From positions 7,866 to 71,865 of the forward strand of contig JAITPR010000032.1 of NCBI GenBank assembly GCA_031289315.1: a DNA stretch of 64,000 nt, read 5' to 3'. Positions 34,959-44,926 of the stretch are shown in pieces. The position numbers were made by a program, and so were the translations under genes. Source of the DNA: Clostridiaceae bacterium (GTDB lineage: Bacteria; Bacillota; Clostridia; Christensenellales; CAG-917). How positions within the stretch are numbered: the stretch's first letter is position 1; each line of letters opens with the position of its first letter. Below the pieces are notes generated by a model. It had not been told where the DNA came from and did not search any database. It saw nothing but the letters and a program-made list of their open reading frames with translations.

Positions 34959-37900
34959 TTATTCGGGCTTAACCATCGGGGTGATAACGATAGTTTTCAC
35001 CTCAAACGCGCCGAATTCCAAATCCCCCGGGATGCTTAACGGGGACGGATTTTTAAATAACATATCGGTTTCCGCTACGGATTCATAACGAATGTTTATC
35101 TTCAATGCCGCGCGCGACGGTCTTCCCTTAGCTTCGTATATGCGCAACGCAACGCCTCCGTCCGCCGTAGCAAGCACGGTTTCAAGTATTACGCCGTCGC
35201 CTACGACCTCGGCTATGGGCAAAATCCTTGCCGACTTATCCGTTAAAATGAGCGGATTATTTACCTCGTAGCCCGCCTTTAGTAGGTCGCTGTCCATAGC
35301 GGCGCCGACGTGCGGATAGACGGCGAACGTAAATCTATGGTCGCCGCGGTCGGCGGTCTTGTCCGGATAATCGGGACTTCTCAAACAATTGAGGCTGATA
35401 AGTCCGTCCTTTACGCGGTGTCCGTACTTGCAATCGTTTAAGACGGCAAGCCCGCGACCGTTTGCCGTCACGTCTACCCACTTATGCGCGGGGATTTCAA
35501 ACTGCTCTTTTTCTATGCTTTCGACGGTCCGCGTGCTGCGCAAGATATTGCCGAACTGGATGTTACAAAGCACCTCGTCGCCGAAATTCTTCGGATAGAA
35601 ATCGACGCGGAGCATTTTATGCGACTCGTGCCACCCGACGGTGCATTCGGCGACAAGATACGGAACGCCCTCCGTAAGCACGTAACGCACCGTCATAGCC
35701 GAACCGCCGTAGACATAGGTGTTCTCCATGACGGCGGCGTAACCGTCTATATAGGCTTTGCCGGACGTAAATTTCATGTCGTGCGGCGGTATTTTAACGT
35801 AGTTTTTATCTATGTCCCATGCGTCGTAGGGGTGATTTTTCTTATCCTTGTAGATGCGCGGAGCGGCAATAACGCCTCCGGCGTAATCGTATCCGTCCGC
35901 CTTTGATATAAGCTCTACGACTTGCCCTTTATCATTGAAAACCACGCTTAATATATCGTTTTCGATACGGTTATTTTCGGCTTTAATTTTTTTACTGTCT
36001 ATCGTACATTCGCGAAGACGACCGGAAGAATACGGAGCCACATCGTAGATATACCATTTTTCGTCCTTTTTTATAAAGCCCTTGCGCTTAAAACCTATGG
36101 GATTCACCGCGGACGGCGCGTATTCCTTGCCTAAAAATTCGCGGAGCGCTTCCTCTATAAGAGTACCGGTTTCACTGCGCAAGCGCTTATAGGCTATTTT
36201 ACATTCGGCATAAACGCGGTTTATGGACGACCCCGGCAATATATCGTGGAACTGATAAAGCAACACTTCCTTCCAAATTTTATCCAACCTTTCGCGCGGA
36301 TACGGTTTTCCGTTAAGCGAAGCAAGCGCGGACAACCATTCCGCATTGTGGAGAAACCTTTCTGTAAGGCGGTTACTGCGTTTATTTTTTGCCTGCGTGG
36401 TGTAGGTGCCGCGGTGTTTTTCTAAATACAACTCACCCTTGTAGGAAGGATAGCGGTCTTTTCCCTCCGCCAGCTCTTTAAAAAACGCTTCACCGGTAGA
36501 GAATTTTACATGCGGCAAGCCGGGCAGCTTCTCTTCGCGCGGAATTACGCTTACGGAGTATTCACCGGGACCGCCGCCGCCGTCGCCCGCGCCAAATGGC
36601 ATGAGCGCAATGTCGGAAATAGCGCGTTCGCGGTAGTTCTTTTCGATTTTACTGATTGCATGGGGCGAAGACGTCGAATTATAATCGCCTTCCGGAGGCA
36701 TATGCACCAATACGCGGCTACCGTCCAACCCTTCCCAATTAAAAGTATGATAGGGGAATTTATTTACGGCATTCCAACTTAATTTAATGGTCATGAAGTT
36801 ATCGGTGCCACATTTTTTCATTATCTGTGGCAACGCCGCCGTATAACCGAACACGTCAGGCACCCAAAGCATATTAGATTCCTTGCCGAACTCCTCTTGC
36901 CAAAATCTCTTCCCGTAATAAAATTGTCTGATAAGACTTTCGCCGCAAGGTATATTGGTATCGGGTTCCACCCACATACCGCCTTGCGCTTCGATATTAC
37001 CGTTCGCGATGGCGACCTTGATTTTCTCAAACAGCGCCGGATATTCGTTTTTCATCCACTCGAACTGTTGCGGCTGACTGGCACCGAACACATAGTCCGG
37101 ATTTTTTTCTATGTTATAAAGCGCGTTGGTGAAGGTACGTACGGACTTGCGTTTGGTTTCGCGGATAGGCCACAGCCACGCCAAATCAAGGTGCGCGTGT
37201 CCAACCGCGTGAATAGTGAAATTCGGTTTTGCCGCGCCGGTGTACATGTCCGCCAATATGTAGCGCGCCTTCTTCACCTCTTCCAGGCTTACCCTTCCCA
37301 CCGCCGAAATGGCTTTTGCAAGCAAGGCGGTTACGCGTTTCTTCTCGCCCGCGGCTATCGCATCCGCATTCATGTTGCGGCAGGCAAGATAGCCCGTCAT
37401 GATGTCGTAATACAAGGCAACGCAATCCTCTCTGCATTCGTACAAGGCGGCGGACTTCAAGGACGCTTGCCCAGTACTCTTGCCGCCTCTTCCGTTGTTG
37501 CCGGCGTCCACCCAAAACTTAACCTCTCCGCTTGTCTTGTCAAAGCCTATGCGGTTAAGCGGCACCATACGTTTGGCAATCACGGTCTGAAAAAGGTCCG
37601 TCGATTGCATGACGTTTGTCAAACCCTGCACGGGTCCGTCGCCGTTGTATACGCAGCCCTCTCCCGACAGATTGAGAATAACGACCAAATTGTCCTTTTC
37701 CCTATCCTCCGCGTTCAGCGTGCATGTAAATTCAAACCACGCACAATCGAAAAAGCCGCCCCAGTCGTCGCCGACGGAAAACGGCTGAAATTTTAACTTG
37801 TCAACCTCCGCAAAGGGAATAGGCTCACTGCTCTTAAAGCATGCGATAGCCGGCTGAGAAATCTTCTTATATGCCGATTTTTTAAGTTTGTTTAGCACGC

Positions 37901-37961
37901 CGCCATAACGCGGAGCACTAATCTGTTGCCAAATCGTCCCAATAAAGGCTGAAAAATCCAT
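34959..37961 (-). CDS. Glycoside hydrolase family 38 alpha-mannosidase
   Basis: 1000 aa; GH38 catalytic signature AVGHAHLDLAWLWP, WVEPDTN, FGAGDGGGGP, HRGTYT, FHDILPGS. Confidence 0.85.
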   Translation of the reverse strand: MDFSAFIGTIWQQISAPRYGGVLNKLKKSAYKKISQPAIACFKSSEPIPFAEVDKLKFQPFSVGDDWGGFFDCAWFEFTCTLNAEDREKDNLVVILNLSGEGCVYNGDGPVQGLTNVMQSTDLFQTVIAKRMVPLNRIGFDKTSGEVKFWVDAGNNGRGGKSTGQASLKSAALYECREDCVALYYDIMTGYLACRNMNADAIAAGEKKRVTALLAKAISAVGRVSLEEVKKARYILADMYTGAAKPNFTIHAVGHAHLDLAWLWPIRETKRKSVRTFTNALYNIEKNPDYVFGASQPQQFEWMKNEYPALFEKIKVAIANGNIEAQGGMWVEPDTNIPCGESLIRQFYYGKRFWQEEFGKESNMLWVPDVFGYTAALPQIMKKCGTDNFMTIKLSWNAVNKFPYHTFNWEGLDGSRVLVHMPPEGDYNSTSSPHAISKIEKNYRERAISDIALMPFGAGDGGGGPGEYSVSVIPREEKLPGLPHVKFSTGEAFFKELAEGKDRYPSYKGELYLEKHRGTYTTQAKNKRSNRLTERFLHNAEWLSALASLNGKPYPRERLDKIWKEVLLYQFHDILPGSSINRVYAECKIAYKRLRSETGTLIEEALREFLGKEYAPSAVNPIGFKRKGFIKKDEKWYIYDVAPYSSGRLRECTIDSKKIKAENNRIENDILSVVFNDKGQVVELISKADGYDYAGGVIAAPRIYKDKKNHPYDAWDIDKNYVKIPPHDMKFTSGKAYIDGYAAVMENTYVYGGSAMTVRYVLTEGVPYLVAECTVGWHESHKMLRVDFYPKNFGDEVLCNIQFGNILRSTRTVESIEKEQFEIPAHKWVDVTANGRGLAVLNDCKYGHRVKDGLISLNCLRSPDYPDKTADRGDHRFTFAVYPHVGAAMDSDLLKAGYEVNNPLILTDKSARILPIAEVVGDGVILETVLATADGGVALRIYEAKGRPSRAALKINIRYESVAETDMLFKNPSPLSIPGDLEFGAFEVKTIVITPMVKPE

Positions 37962-38140
37962 AAATTACCATCCCGTACACAACAATTTTCCGTTAGTACG
38001 TATATATTATAAACTATAAGCCCTATAAGTTCAATAGTAAAATTAAATTTTTTGTAGATTAAGTATTTACTTATTCGCATATATAATGTAAAATGTTTTT
38101 AGAAACCCTAAAAGCCTTTACGGGCAAGGAGAAACACCGT

Positions 38141-39826
38141 ATGAAATTTAAAAATAACCGCTTGCGATTGATATTATTGTTTCTGACGTTGGTGTCCGCC
38201 GCAGTTTTATTTGCCGCGTGCAACGAAGAACCGCCCGCCGCCGAACCCGTCGCAAAATATATAGTTTTACAGTTTACGGACGGCTCTCAAAAAACAATTT
38301 ACGGATATGAGGAGTTCTTCCATTCCTCCGCAACTCCGGAAGCCGGCTATGATTTTGTAGGTTGGTATTTCACCGTAAGCGATAAAATCGGCTTTACCGA
38401 TGCGGACGATTATCTGCTTTCGCAAGAATACGCATACAACCAAAACAACATATCGCTATTTTTTAATTTTATAGCCGACTCGCCCGCATGGATTCTTTTA
38501 AACATGTTTCCGCGTTTTATTAAGGTGGATAGCGTTCCGTTTACAGCGGGAGAGGAAATATATCTGGGGCTTTCGCGGCACGCGGCGTTGTATCTTCCAA
38601 CCATGCATGATGCATACGCCGATAGGTTCTACAGAATAGACATATCGACTTATTTTATGCCGCCCCATAGCGAAGAAATCGTCTTTGACTTATATATAAA
38701 CGGAAAATCCGTTGAATACTCACCTGAAAAGGTATATTTTATTGAAGGGCTTCCCGCATATTTCAAAATAATTCCGACGACGGACGGTAAAGAAATTTAT
38801 TCCGCGCCGCTTTCGATAAAGTTAACTCCGGTTGGGCATGAAGAGGGCTTCGATTTAAACTTAATGGGGCTTCCGTCCGGCGTTCGGGATGATAACGGAT
38901 ATTACAATAGCCGTTACTTCACCTTCCCGGTCGACATTAAAACGGAGGGCTTCTACAGCTTTTCATTTGCTGCAGAGGGTGTCGCCACGCAAACCGCCTC
39001 CGTTAGCCTTGATAATTATTCGTGGTCGTCCGATATTCACTACTACGGTTATTATTACGGAGAAAACCGTAATGCTTTGTCTGCCGAGGGCGACACAGGT
39101 GTAATTGCCTACTGTATAGAAGGAATTTATAACGTTAAGGTTAACGCAATAGGCATAACGGATGCCGGCGCAACACACAAAGGACACTTGACGATAGAAA
39201 AATATACACCCGATGAGATTAAAAGCGGCGACAAGATAACATTTACCGATAATAACGCTGTCATACGCATGTTTACGCCTATCGAAGGCGGTCGGTTGTT
39301 TAGTCGCTTACTAGATGCGGAAGGCAACAAAGAAAGTGCGTCAATCCGTATTTACGATGCGACGATGAGGTATTCCGCGCTGATGGTAACTTATCCGGAC
39401 TTAGGCGCGGAGATGTATTTGGAGGCGGGCAAAACCTACGCTTTAATTTTATCTCCACCCTTTACGGGAGCCTTAGGCGAATACACTTTTTCCGTTTACA
39501 AAGACACGGTATTTGGAGATGGGGGAGAATGGTATGTAAGCGGATTACGCATATACGACTACTATGTCGTTCTTCCGCGCGGCGACCTATCAAAATCCTA
39601 TTCCGAACGGGTACACATCGAGTTTAGGCATCCGAACGGAGTAATCGACTATTATGAAGAGGTCACTCACACACAATCACCTCCGACATTCACCTTCGAA
39701 AACTCTCCTTTGGGCGGTACATACCTTATTTATTATAATTATTTGACGCCCACGCAACGAGTGATTTATGCGAAGCCAAGCGGTTCCTTGCAATACAACT
39801 ACTGTTTAACGGTGTATGTCGTTTAG
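38141..39826 (+). CDS. Lipoprotein of unknown function with one Listeria-Bacteroides (Flg_new-type) repeat
   Basis: ATG 38141 after AAGGAG; lipobox LFAAC; PEAGYDFVGWYF matches the repeat motif as I recall it; divergent from the GH38 gene. Confidence 0.6.
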   Translation: MKFKNNRLRLILLFLTLVSAAVLFAACNEEPPAAEPVAKYIVLQFTDGSQKTIYGYEEFFHSSATPEAGYDFVGWYFTVSDKIGFTDADDYLLSQEYAYNQNNISLFFNFIADSPAWILLNMFPRFIKVDSVPFTAGEEIYLGLSRHAALYLPTMHDAYADRFYRIDISTYFMPPHSEEIVFDLYINGKSVEYSPEKVYFIEGLPAYFKIIPTTDGKEIYSAPLSIKLTPVGHEEGFDLNLMGLPSGVRDDNGYYNSRYFTFPVDIKTEGFYSFSFAAEGVATQTASVSLDNYSWSSDIHYYGYYYGENRNALSAEGDTGVIAYCIEGIYNVKVNAIGITDAGATHKGHLTIEKYTPDEIKSGDKITFTDNNAVIRMFTPIEGGRLFSRLLDAEGNKESASIRIYDATMRYSALMVTYPDLGAEMYLEAGKTYALILSPPFTGALGEYTFSVYKDTVFGDGGEWYVSGLRIYDYYVVLPRGDLSKSYSERVHIEFRHPNGVIDYYEEVTHTQSPPTFTFENSPLGGTYLIYYNYLTPTQRVIYAKPSGSLQYNYCLTVYVV

Positions 39827-39900
39827 CCTTGCGCGAAAAAATTTAAACCGGCATGGCGGCTGATTTGAAAAACTTCAACCGGTAAACTGAACGCACGCCA

Positions 39901-39955
39901 CGGTGCGGACAATTCGCAGTGACAAAATATTTTGTCACGGCTGATTGTTCGCACC
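39901..39955. mobile_element. MITE-like element, minimal symmetric 55-bp variant
   Basis: cggtgcggacaattcgcagtgac-aaaatatttt-gtcacggctgattgttcgcacc; lacks the CTTGCC..GGCAAG module; ends 2 nt from the hisIE stop codon. Confidence 0.6.
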
Positions 39956-39956
39956 A

Positions 39957-40613
39957 TTATTTTAGCTTTTCTTGTTTGACTTTGGTGTCGACGACATGGC
40001 GAGAGGATAACTGTTCAAGAATTTCTTGTTCGGAGATGCTCTCTTCAACCATTAGTACCAACAAGTGATATATTAAGTCGCAGATTTCAAATATCGTTTC
40101 GGTGCGGTCGCCGCCTTTAGCGGCTATAACTACCTCGGTACACTCCTCGCCGACCTTTTTCAATATCTTATCCAGCCCCTTTTGAAATAGGTATGTTGTA
40201 TAGGAGCCTTCCTTTTGGTCGGTTTTTCTGCCCTCTATGAGTTTATAAAGTGCGTTTAGCGAAAATTCCTTGATTTCATCGCTCAAATAGACATCGTTTA
40301 AATCGAAGCAGCTTTCCGCGCCGGTGTGACAAGCGGGACCCGCCTTGACAACCTCCACAAGCAACGCGTCGCCGTCGCAATCGCCTTTAATCGAAACGAT
40401 ACGCTGAACGTTTCCGCTCTCCTCGCCCTTGCGCCAGAGCTTCTTACGCGAACGGCTGTAAAAGCACGTCCTGCCCTCCGCAATGCTTATGCCTAAGCTT
40501 TCCGCATTCATATAGGCGACGGTCAAAACCTGCTTAGTATAGTGGTCTTGTACCACCGCCGGAATAAGCCCGTCCTTATCAAATTTAAGCTTAACTTTTT
40601 TGCTGTTATCCAT
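39957..40613 (-). CDS. hisI: Bifunctional phosphoribosyl-AMP cyclohydrolase / phosphoribosyl-ATP pyrophosphatase
   Basis: [28 protein letters not shown] (HisI) followed by a HisE helix bundle (YTTYLF..., [16 protein letters not shown]). Confidence 0.95.
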   Translation of the reverse strand: MDNSKKVKLKFDKDGLIPAVVQDHYTKQVLTVAYMNAESLGISIAEGRTCFYSRSRKKLWRKGEESGNVQRIVSIKGDCDGDALLVEVVKAGPACHTGAESCFDLNDVYLSDEIKEFSLNALYKLIEGRKTDQKEGSYTTYLFQKGLDKILKKVGEECTEVVIAAKGGDRTETIFEICDLIYHLLVLMVEESISEQEILEQLSSRHVVDTKVKQEKLK

Positions 40614-40665
40614 AATAAATATCCTTGTATTCCCGTCCGGGATTTCATGTCAAAGTGACGCCGCG

Positions 40666-41430
40666 TCAAATTCTCATGTTTATTCCGTTATTTTTAAGCT
40701 CCCGCTTCAAGCCGTCTATAGACACTTCCTTGAAGTGAAAAATCGACGCCGCAAGCCCCGCGTCAACTCCGGGAACGGCGTTAAACAAATCGACGAAATG
40801 CCGTATGCACCCCGCACCGCCGGAGGCTATGACGGGAATTGTCACGCGGGAAGAAATTGCGGTAAGCATTTCTATGTCGAAGCCGTCTTTAACGCCGTCG
40901 GTGTCTATACTGTTGACAACAAGCTCACCCGCGCCGTGACGCTCTCCGAATACCGCCCATTCCACCGCGTCAAGCCCCGTAGGAACACGACCGCCCTTTG
41001 CGTAAACCATGAACCTGCCGTTTTCGCGTTTAACGTCCATAGACAGCACAACGCACTGATTGCCGTATTTTTGCGCCGCCTCCGCAATAAGTCCGGGGGC
41101 TTTTATCGCGCCGGAATTAACGCTAACCTTGTCGGCACCGCATTTTAAAACGCGGTCGAAGTCGTCTACACCGTTTATGCCGCCGCCCACGGTAAGCGGA
41201 ATAAATATTTCGCTTGCCGCCTGCCGCAATATGTCCGTGAACAGCTTGCGCTCCTCAAACGAAGCGGTTATGTCGTAAAACACAAGCTCGTCGGCGCCGC
41301 TTTCATTGTAGAACTTGGCAAGCTCCACGGGGCTTTCGACATCGCGTATACCGCTGAAATTAATGCCCTTTACCACACGTCCGTCGCGCACGTCTAAGCA
41401 CGGTATAATTCTTTTTGTAAGGCTGTTCAT
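40666..41430 (-). CDS. hisF: Imidazole glycerol phosphate synthase cyclase subunit
   Basis: RIIPCLDV, ADELVFYDITAS, PLTVGGGI, GADKVSVNS, GAGELVVNSIDTDG. Confidence 0.96.
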   Translation of the reverse strand: MNSLTKRIIPCLDVRDGRVVKGINFSGIRDVESPVELAKFYNESGADELVFYDITASFEERKLFTDILRQAASEIFIPLTVGGGINGVDDFDRVLKCGADKVSVNSGAIKAPGLIAEAAQKYGNQCVVLSMDVKRENGRFMVYAKGGRVPTGLDAVEWAVFGERHGAGELVVNSIDTDGVKDGFDIEMLTAISSRVTIPVIASGGAGCIRHFVDLFNAVPGVDAGLAASIFHFKEVSIDGLKRELKNNGINMRI

Positions 41431-41462
41431 GTATTCTCCGTCGCGGAACCTTTATATATTCC

Positions 41463-41533
41463 GGGTGTGGACAATCCATGGTGACAACTTGCTAGGCAAG
41501 AAAACATTTTACCACCGCGAATTGTCCACGTCC
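41463..41533 (+). mobile_element. MITE-like palindromic element, standard 71-bp form, between hisA and hisF
   Basis: gggtgtggacaatccatggtgacaa-cttgctaggcaag-aaaacatttt-accaccgcgaattgtccacgtcc; imperfect flanking repeat atattccg / atattaccg. Confidence 0.65.
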
Positions 41534-41650
41534 ATATTACCGCGTCCACGTTTGTCCGTATAACTGCTATTGATACCGTTGCCGCCGATTGTAAGGAATG
41601 GCATGGTTGCGCGTCCGCGTTTGTTCACACCAATAAGATATCAACGGCGT

Positions 41651-42361
41651 TTATTTTGCAAGCGTAAGTGCGCGTTCAAGCGAAAGCTTGCCCTCGTACA
41701 GGGCTTTTCCCAATATAGCGCCGCTTATGCCCATAGCCTTAAGCGCGGTTATTTCCCGCTCAAAGGTTATTCCGCCGGATGCGATTATGTCTATGCCGAT
41801 ACCGTTTATTTGAGAGTAAACCTCAAGGTTTGTACCCGCAAGCGTACCGTCGCGCGCAATGTCCGTGTATATCACCGTTTGCACGCCGGAGTTTTTAAGG
41901 CGAACCAAAAATTCCGATGCCTTAACCGCCGTTACCTCTTTCCAACCGTTGACGGCGACATAGCCGCCGGAAGCGTCCACACCTACCGCCACCGCCGCGC
42001 CGAAACGCGAAACGGCTTCTTCCGTAAAGGCGTAATTTTTTACGGCGACCGTACCCAAAATCACACGCCCCGCCCCGGCATTTAAATACTTTTCTATGCG
42101 CGCAATGTCGCGAATGCCGCCGCCGACCTCTACGAATACGCCGCCCGCCGAAACAAGCTTCTTAACGGTATCGAAGTTGCTTAGCTCTCCGTCCTTTGCA
42201 CCATCCAAATCCACGACATGCAAGCAGTCGGCGCCCGCCGCCTTGAAGCCCTCTAAAACGCTTTCGGGAGATTCGGAGTACACCTTCATCAGCCCGTAGT
42301 CGCCGCGGGTAAGCCTCACGGCTTTGCCGTCTTTTATGTCGATTGCCGGAAAAATTTTCAT
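41651..42361 (-). CDS. hisA: 1-(5-phosphoribosyl)-5-[(5-phosphoribosylamino)methylideneamino]imidazole-4-carboxamide isomerase
   Basis: IFPAIDIKDGKAVRL, HVVDLDGA, VEVGGGIR, GVDASGGYVAVNGW, YTDIARDGT. Confidence 0.95.
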   Translation of the reverse strand: MKIFPAIDIKDGKAVRLTRGDYGLMKVYSESPESVLEGFKAAGADCLHVVDLDGAKDGELSNFDTVKKLVSAGGVFVEVGGGIRDIARIEKYLNAGAGRVILGTVAVKNYAFTEEAVSRFGAAVAVGVDASGGYVAVNGWKEVTAVKASEFLVRLKNSGVQTVIYTDIARDGTLAGTNLEVYSQINGIGIDIIASGGITFEREITALKAMGISGAILGKALYEGKLSLERALTLAK

Positions 42362-42364
42362 CTC

Positions 42365-42976
42365 TTATAACTCCGAAAAGGCTTTCAATATTTTTAATCC
42401 GGCGGTTCCGCTTTTCTCAGGGTGGAATTGAGTGCCGAAAACATTTTTTTTGCCAACCGCCGCGGTAAGCGGAATTCCGTAATCCGCATACGCAAGCGTA
42501 TCCTCCGCGCAGTCGCGCGCGTAATAGGAATGCACAAAATATACGTAGTCGCTGTCCTTGTTATACTTGAAAAGCGGGGAAGGCTTTGTAAAGCGCAAGG
42601 CGTTCCAGCCCATGTGAGGTATTTTTAAGCTCACGGATTGCAAATCGTGTTCTATGGCTCTCACCGTTCCGGGAATAAGCCCTAAGCCTGCGTGTTCGCC
42701 GTACTCGAAGCTTTTATCGAATAACATCTGCATTCCTAAGCATATGCCCAATAGCGGCTTGCCGTCGTTCACCACCTCGTAAAGAGGCACGTCAAGTCCG
42801 CTTGCGCGTAGCTTACGCGCGGCATCCTCAAACGCGCCGACTCCCGGAAGAATAACCCTGTCGGCATGCAAAATATCGGCTTTTTTATCGGAAATTTTGC
42901 TTTCTACGCCTAAGCTTTTTAACGAGCTTGACAGAGAAAATAAATTTCCCACTCCGTAATCAATTATAATAAGCAT
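42365..42976 (-). CDS. hisH: Imidazole glycerol phosphate synthase glutamine amidotransferase subunit
   Basis: IIDYGVGNL, ILPGVGAF, LGICLGMQ (catalytic Cys), HSYY, FGTQFHPEKS. Confidence 0.96.
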   Translation of the reverse strand: MLIIIDYGVGNLFSLSSSLKSLGVESKISDKKADILHADRVILPGVGAFEDAARKLRASGLDVPLYEVVNDGKPLLGICLGMQMLFDKSFEYGEHAGLGLIPGTVRAIEHDLQSVSLKIPHMGWNALRFTKPSPLFKYNKDSDYVYFVHSYYARDCAEDTLAYADYGIPLTAAVGKKNVFGTQFHPEKSGTAGLKILKAFSEL

Positions 42977-43018
42977 TTTAGCGTCCCCGCTTACAACAAA
43001 ACCGCTTCCGGTTATAGT

Positions 43019-43134
43019 AAGCCCTCAAGAGGGTACCTCTTTAATACGCCGCGTCGGGCGAAACAGCTTCCGATTTACAGCAAGCCTTTAGTGGAGGGTA
43101 CCTCGTTTAAATACGCCGCATCGGGCGAAACAGC
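43019..43134. repeat. Tandem ~63-bp duplication of the hisB 3' end (including stop codon)
   Basis: Intergenic aagccctcaagagggtacctctttaatacgccgcgtcgggcgaaacagc versus CDS end aagcctttagtggagggtacctcgtttaaatacgccgcatcgggcgaaacagc (about 85% identity by eye). Confidence 0.8.
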
Positions 43135-43662
43135 CGCGCGTAAGCTACGTGCAAACGCCTTGAATACCGCTTCTATGACGTGATGAGTATTTTTTCCGGC
43201 AAGGCTTTTTACGTGAATGGTAACCGCTGCAAATCTAGCAAAGCCCTCGAAGAACTCCTCCGTCAATTCCGTGTCAAAGTCACCGACCTTAGCCGCAGCA
43301 AAGGGTACGTCAAAGGAAAGGTGCGCCCGTCCGCTTATGTCTACCGCGACAAACGCCAGTGCCTCATCCATGGGAATGGTGACCGCGCCGTAACGCGCAA
43401 TACCCTTTTTATCTCCCAAACACGCTTTGAATGCCTCGCCTAGGGCTATGCCGATGTCCTCAACGGAGTGATGGTAGTCCACTTCCTTGTCGCCCTTGCA
43501 ATTTACCGACAAGTCGAAACGCGCGTGTGAGGAAAAAAGCTCCAACATGTGGTTCAGAAACGCACAGCCGGTGTCTATTTTGCCTTGCCCTTTACCCTCC
43601 AATACCAACTCTAGGTATATATCAGTTTCCTTTGTTTTTCTCGTAACCGTCGCTTTTCTCAT
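43075..43662 (-). CDS. hisB: Imidazoleglycerol-phosphate dehydratase
   Basis: RKTKETDI, GCAFLNHML, DYHHSVEDIGIALG, GKNTHHVIEAVFKAFARSL. Confidence 0.96.
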   Translation of the reverse strand: MRKATVTRKTKETDIYLELVLEGKGQGKIDTGCAFLNHMLELFSSHARFDLSVNCKGDKEVDYHHSVEDIGIALGEAFKACLGDKKGIARYGAVTIPMDEALAFVAVDISGRAHLSFDVPFAAAKVGDFDTELTEEFFEGFARFAAVTIHVKSLAGKNTHHVIEAVFKAFARSLRAAVSPDAAYLNEVPSTKGLL

Positions 43663-43759
43663 AGCTGTACACTCCTTTTTTGTTGCTCACGGTAAGGTTC
43701 CTAAATGCCGAAACAAAACCGTAAGTCTTTTTTACTTGCTCAAATTAATTCTTTAACGG

Positions 43760-43855
43760 GTGTGGACACTCCGTGGTGACAAAATATTTTTAGACTAAAA
43801 AGAACCGAGAAGATTTTCTTGGCAGGCAAGTCGTCAACGAGGATTGTCCATGCCC
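43760..43855 (-). mobile_element. MITE-like element, long 96-bp variant (reverse polarity), overlapping the hisC 3' end
   Basis: gtgtggacactccgtggtgacaaaatattttt...cttggcaggcaagtcgtcaacgaggattgtccatgccc; perfect 10-bp TSD tctttaacgg (43750-43759 / 43856-43865); 43834-43855 encode GMDNPR plus the stop of hisC. Confidence 0.8.
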
Positions 43856-44901
43856 TCTTTAACGGTCTGAATGAGAGTTTTCATGTCCTTTTTCGAGCCT
43901 ATAGTGATGCGGACAAAGCCGCGTAGCCGTTCTTTGTCGAAATAACGCACCAAAACGCCACGCGCCTTTAATTCCTCATACAGTCGCTTGCCGTCCTTAT
44001 CCGCGTGTCCGGCAAAAATAAAATTCGCCTTTGACGGAAGCACCGTGAAGCCTAACTTTTTTAATTCCTCAACCGTAAATTCCCGCACCCGTATAATTTC
44101 CGCAACGCATTTACCGAAGTATTCGGTGTCCTCTATTGCGGCTTTACCGGCAAGCGCGGTAAGACGGTTGACGTTGTAGGGGTTGAAAGAATATTTTATT
44201 TTCTTTAAATCCGCTATGATTTCCTCTGACGCCGCGCAAAACCCCAACCGTGCGCCGGCAAGCGAACGCGACTTTGAAAACGTTTGCACCACAATGAGGT
44301 TTTCGTACTTCTTCAAAAGCGGAATTGCGCTTTCGCCGCCGAAGTCTATGTACGCCTCGTCGACTATAACCAACCGTCCCGCGTTTTTCTCCGCCAACCG
44401 TTCTATGTCGGTTAAGCTTAAACAAATGCCAGTAGGCGCGTTAGGGTTGGCTATCACAACGTGCTTCCCGCGTCCTAAGTATTCGTCGACATCCACGGTG
44501 TAGTCTTCCTTCAACGGGACGGAACACGGCGGTTCGCCTATGAGCGCGGAAAAAACCGGATAAAATCCGTAGGAAATCTCCGGATATATCATGCCATTTT
44601 CCTTGTCCGAAAACGCGGTATATATAAAAGCTAAGATCTCGTCGGAGCCGTTGCCGCAAAGCACCTGCGCTTCACTTATGCCGTAGTAGTCCGCAATCGC
44701 GCGCGTCAAAGCCCGTGCCTCCGGGTCAGAATAAAGCCGTAGCTTCTTCACCTCCGCGGCACTAAGCGCCTTTACGACGGCGGGCGACGGCGGAAACGGC
44801 GATTCGTTTGTATTCAGCTTTACGTAGCGCATATCCTGCGGCTGTTCACCGGGAATATACGGCTCTAAAGCCTTGTATTTTTTTATTAGATATCTGCTCA
44901 T
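43834..44901 (-). CDS. hisC: Histidinol-phosphate aminotransferase
   Basis: KLNTNESP, GNGSDE, NPNAPTG, VIVDEAY, QTFSKSRSLAGARLG (PLP Lys); the last 6 codons and stop come from the MITE arm. Confidence 0.92.
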   Translation of the reverse strand: MSRYLIKKYKALEPYIPGEQPQDMRYVKLNTNESPFPPSPAVVKALSAAEVKKLRLYSDPEARALTRAIADYYGISEAQVLCGNGSDEILAFIYTAFSDKENGMIYPEISYGFYPVFSALIGEPPCSVPLKEDYTVDVDEYLGRGKHVVIANPNAPTGICLSLTDIERLAEKNAGRLVIVDEAYIDFGGESAIPLLKKYENLIVVQTFSKSRSLAGARLGFCAASEEIIADLKKIKYSFNPYNVNRLTALAGKAAIEDTEYFGKCVAEIIRVREFTVEELKKLGFTVLPSKANFIFAGHADKDGKRLYEELKARGVLVRYFDKERLRGFVRITIGSKKDMKTLIQTVKEGMDNPR

Positions 44902-44926
44902 ATTTTACCGTTTTTTTTTGTGTCCG

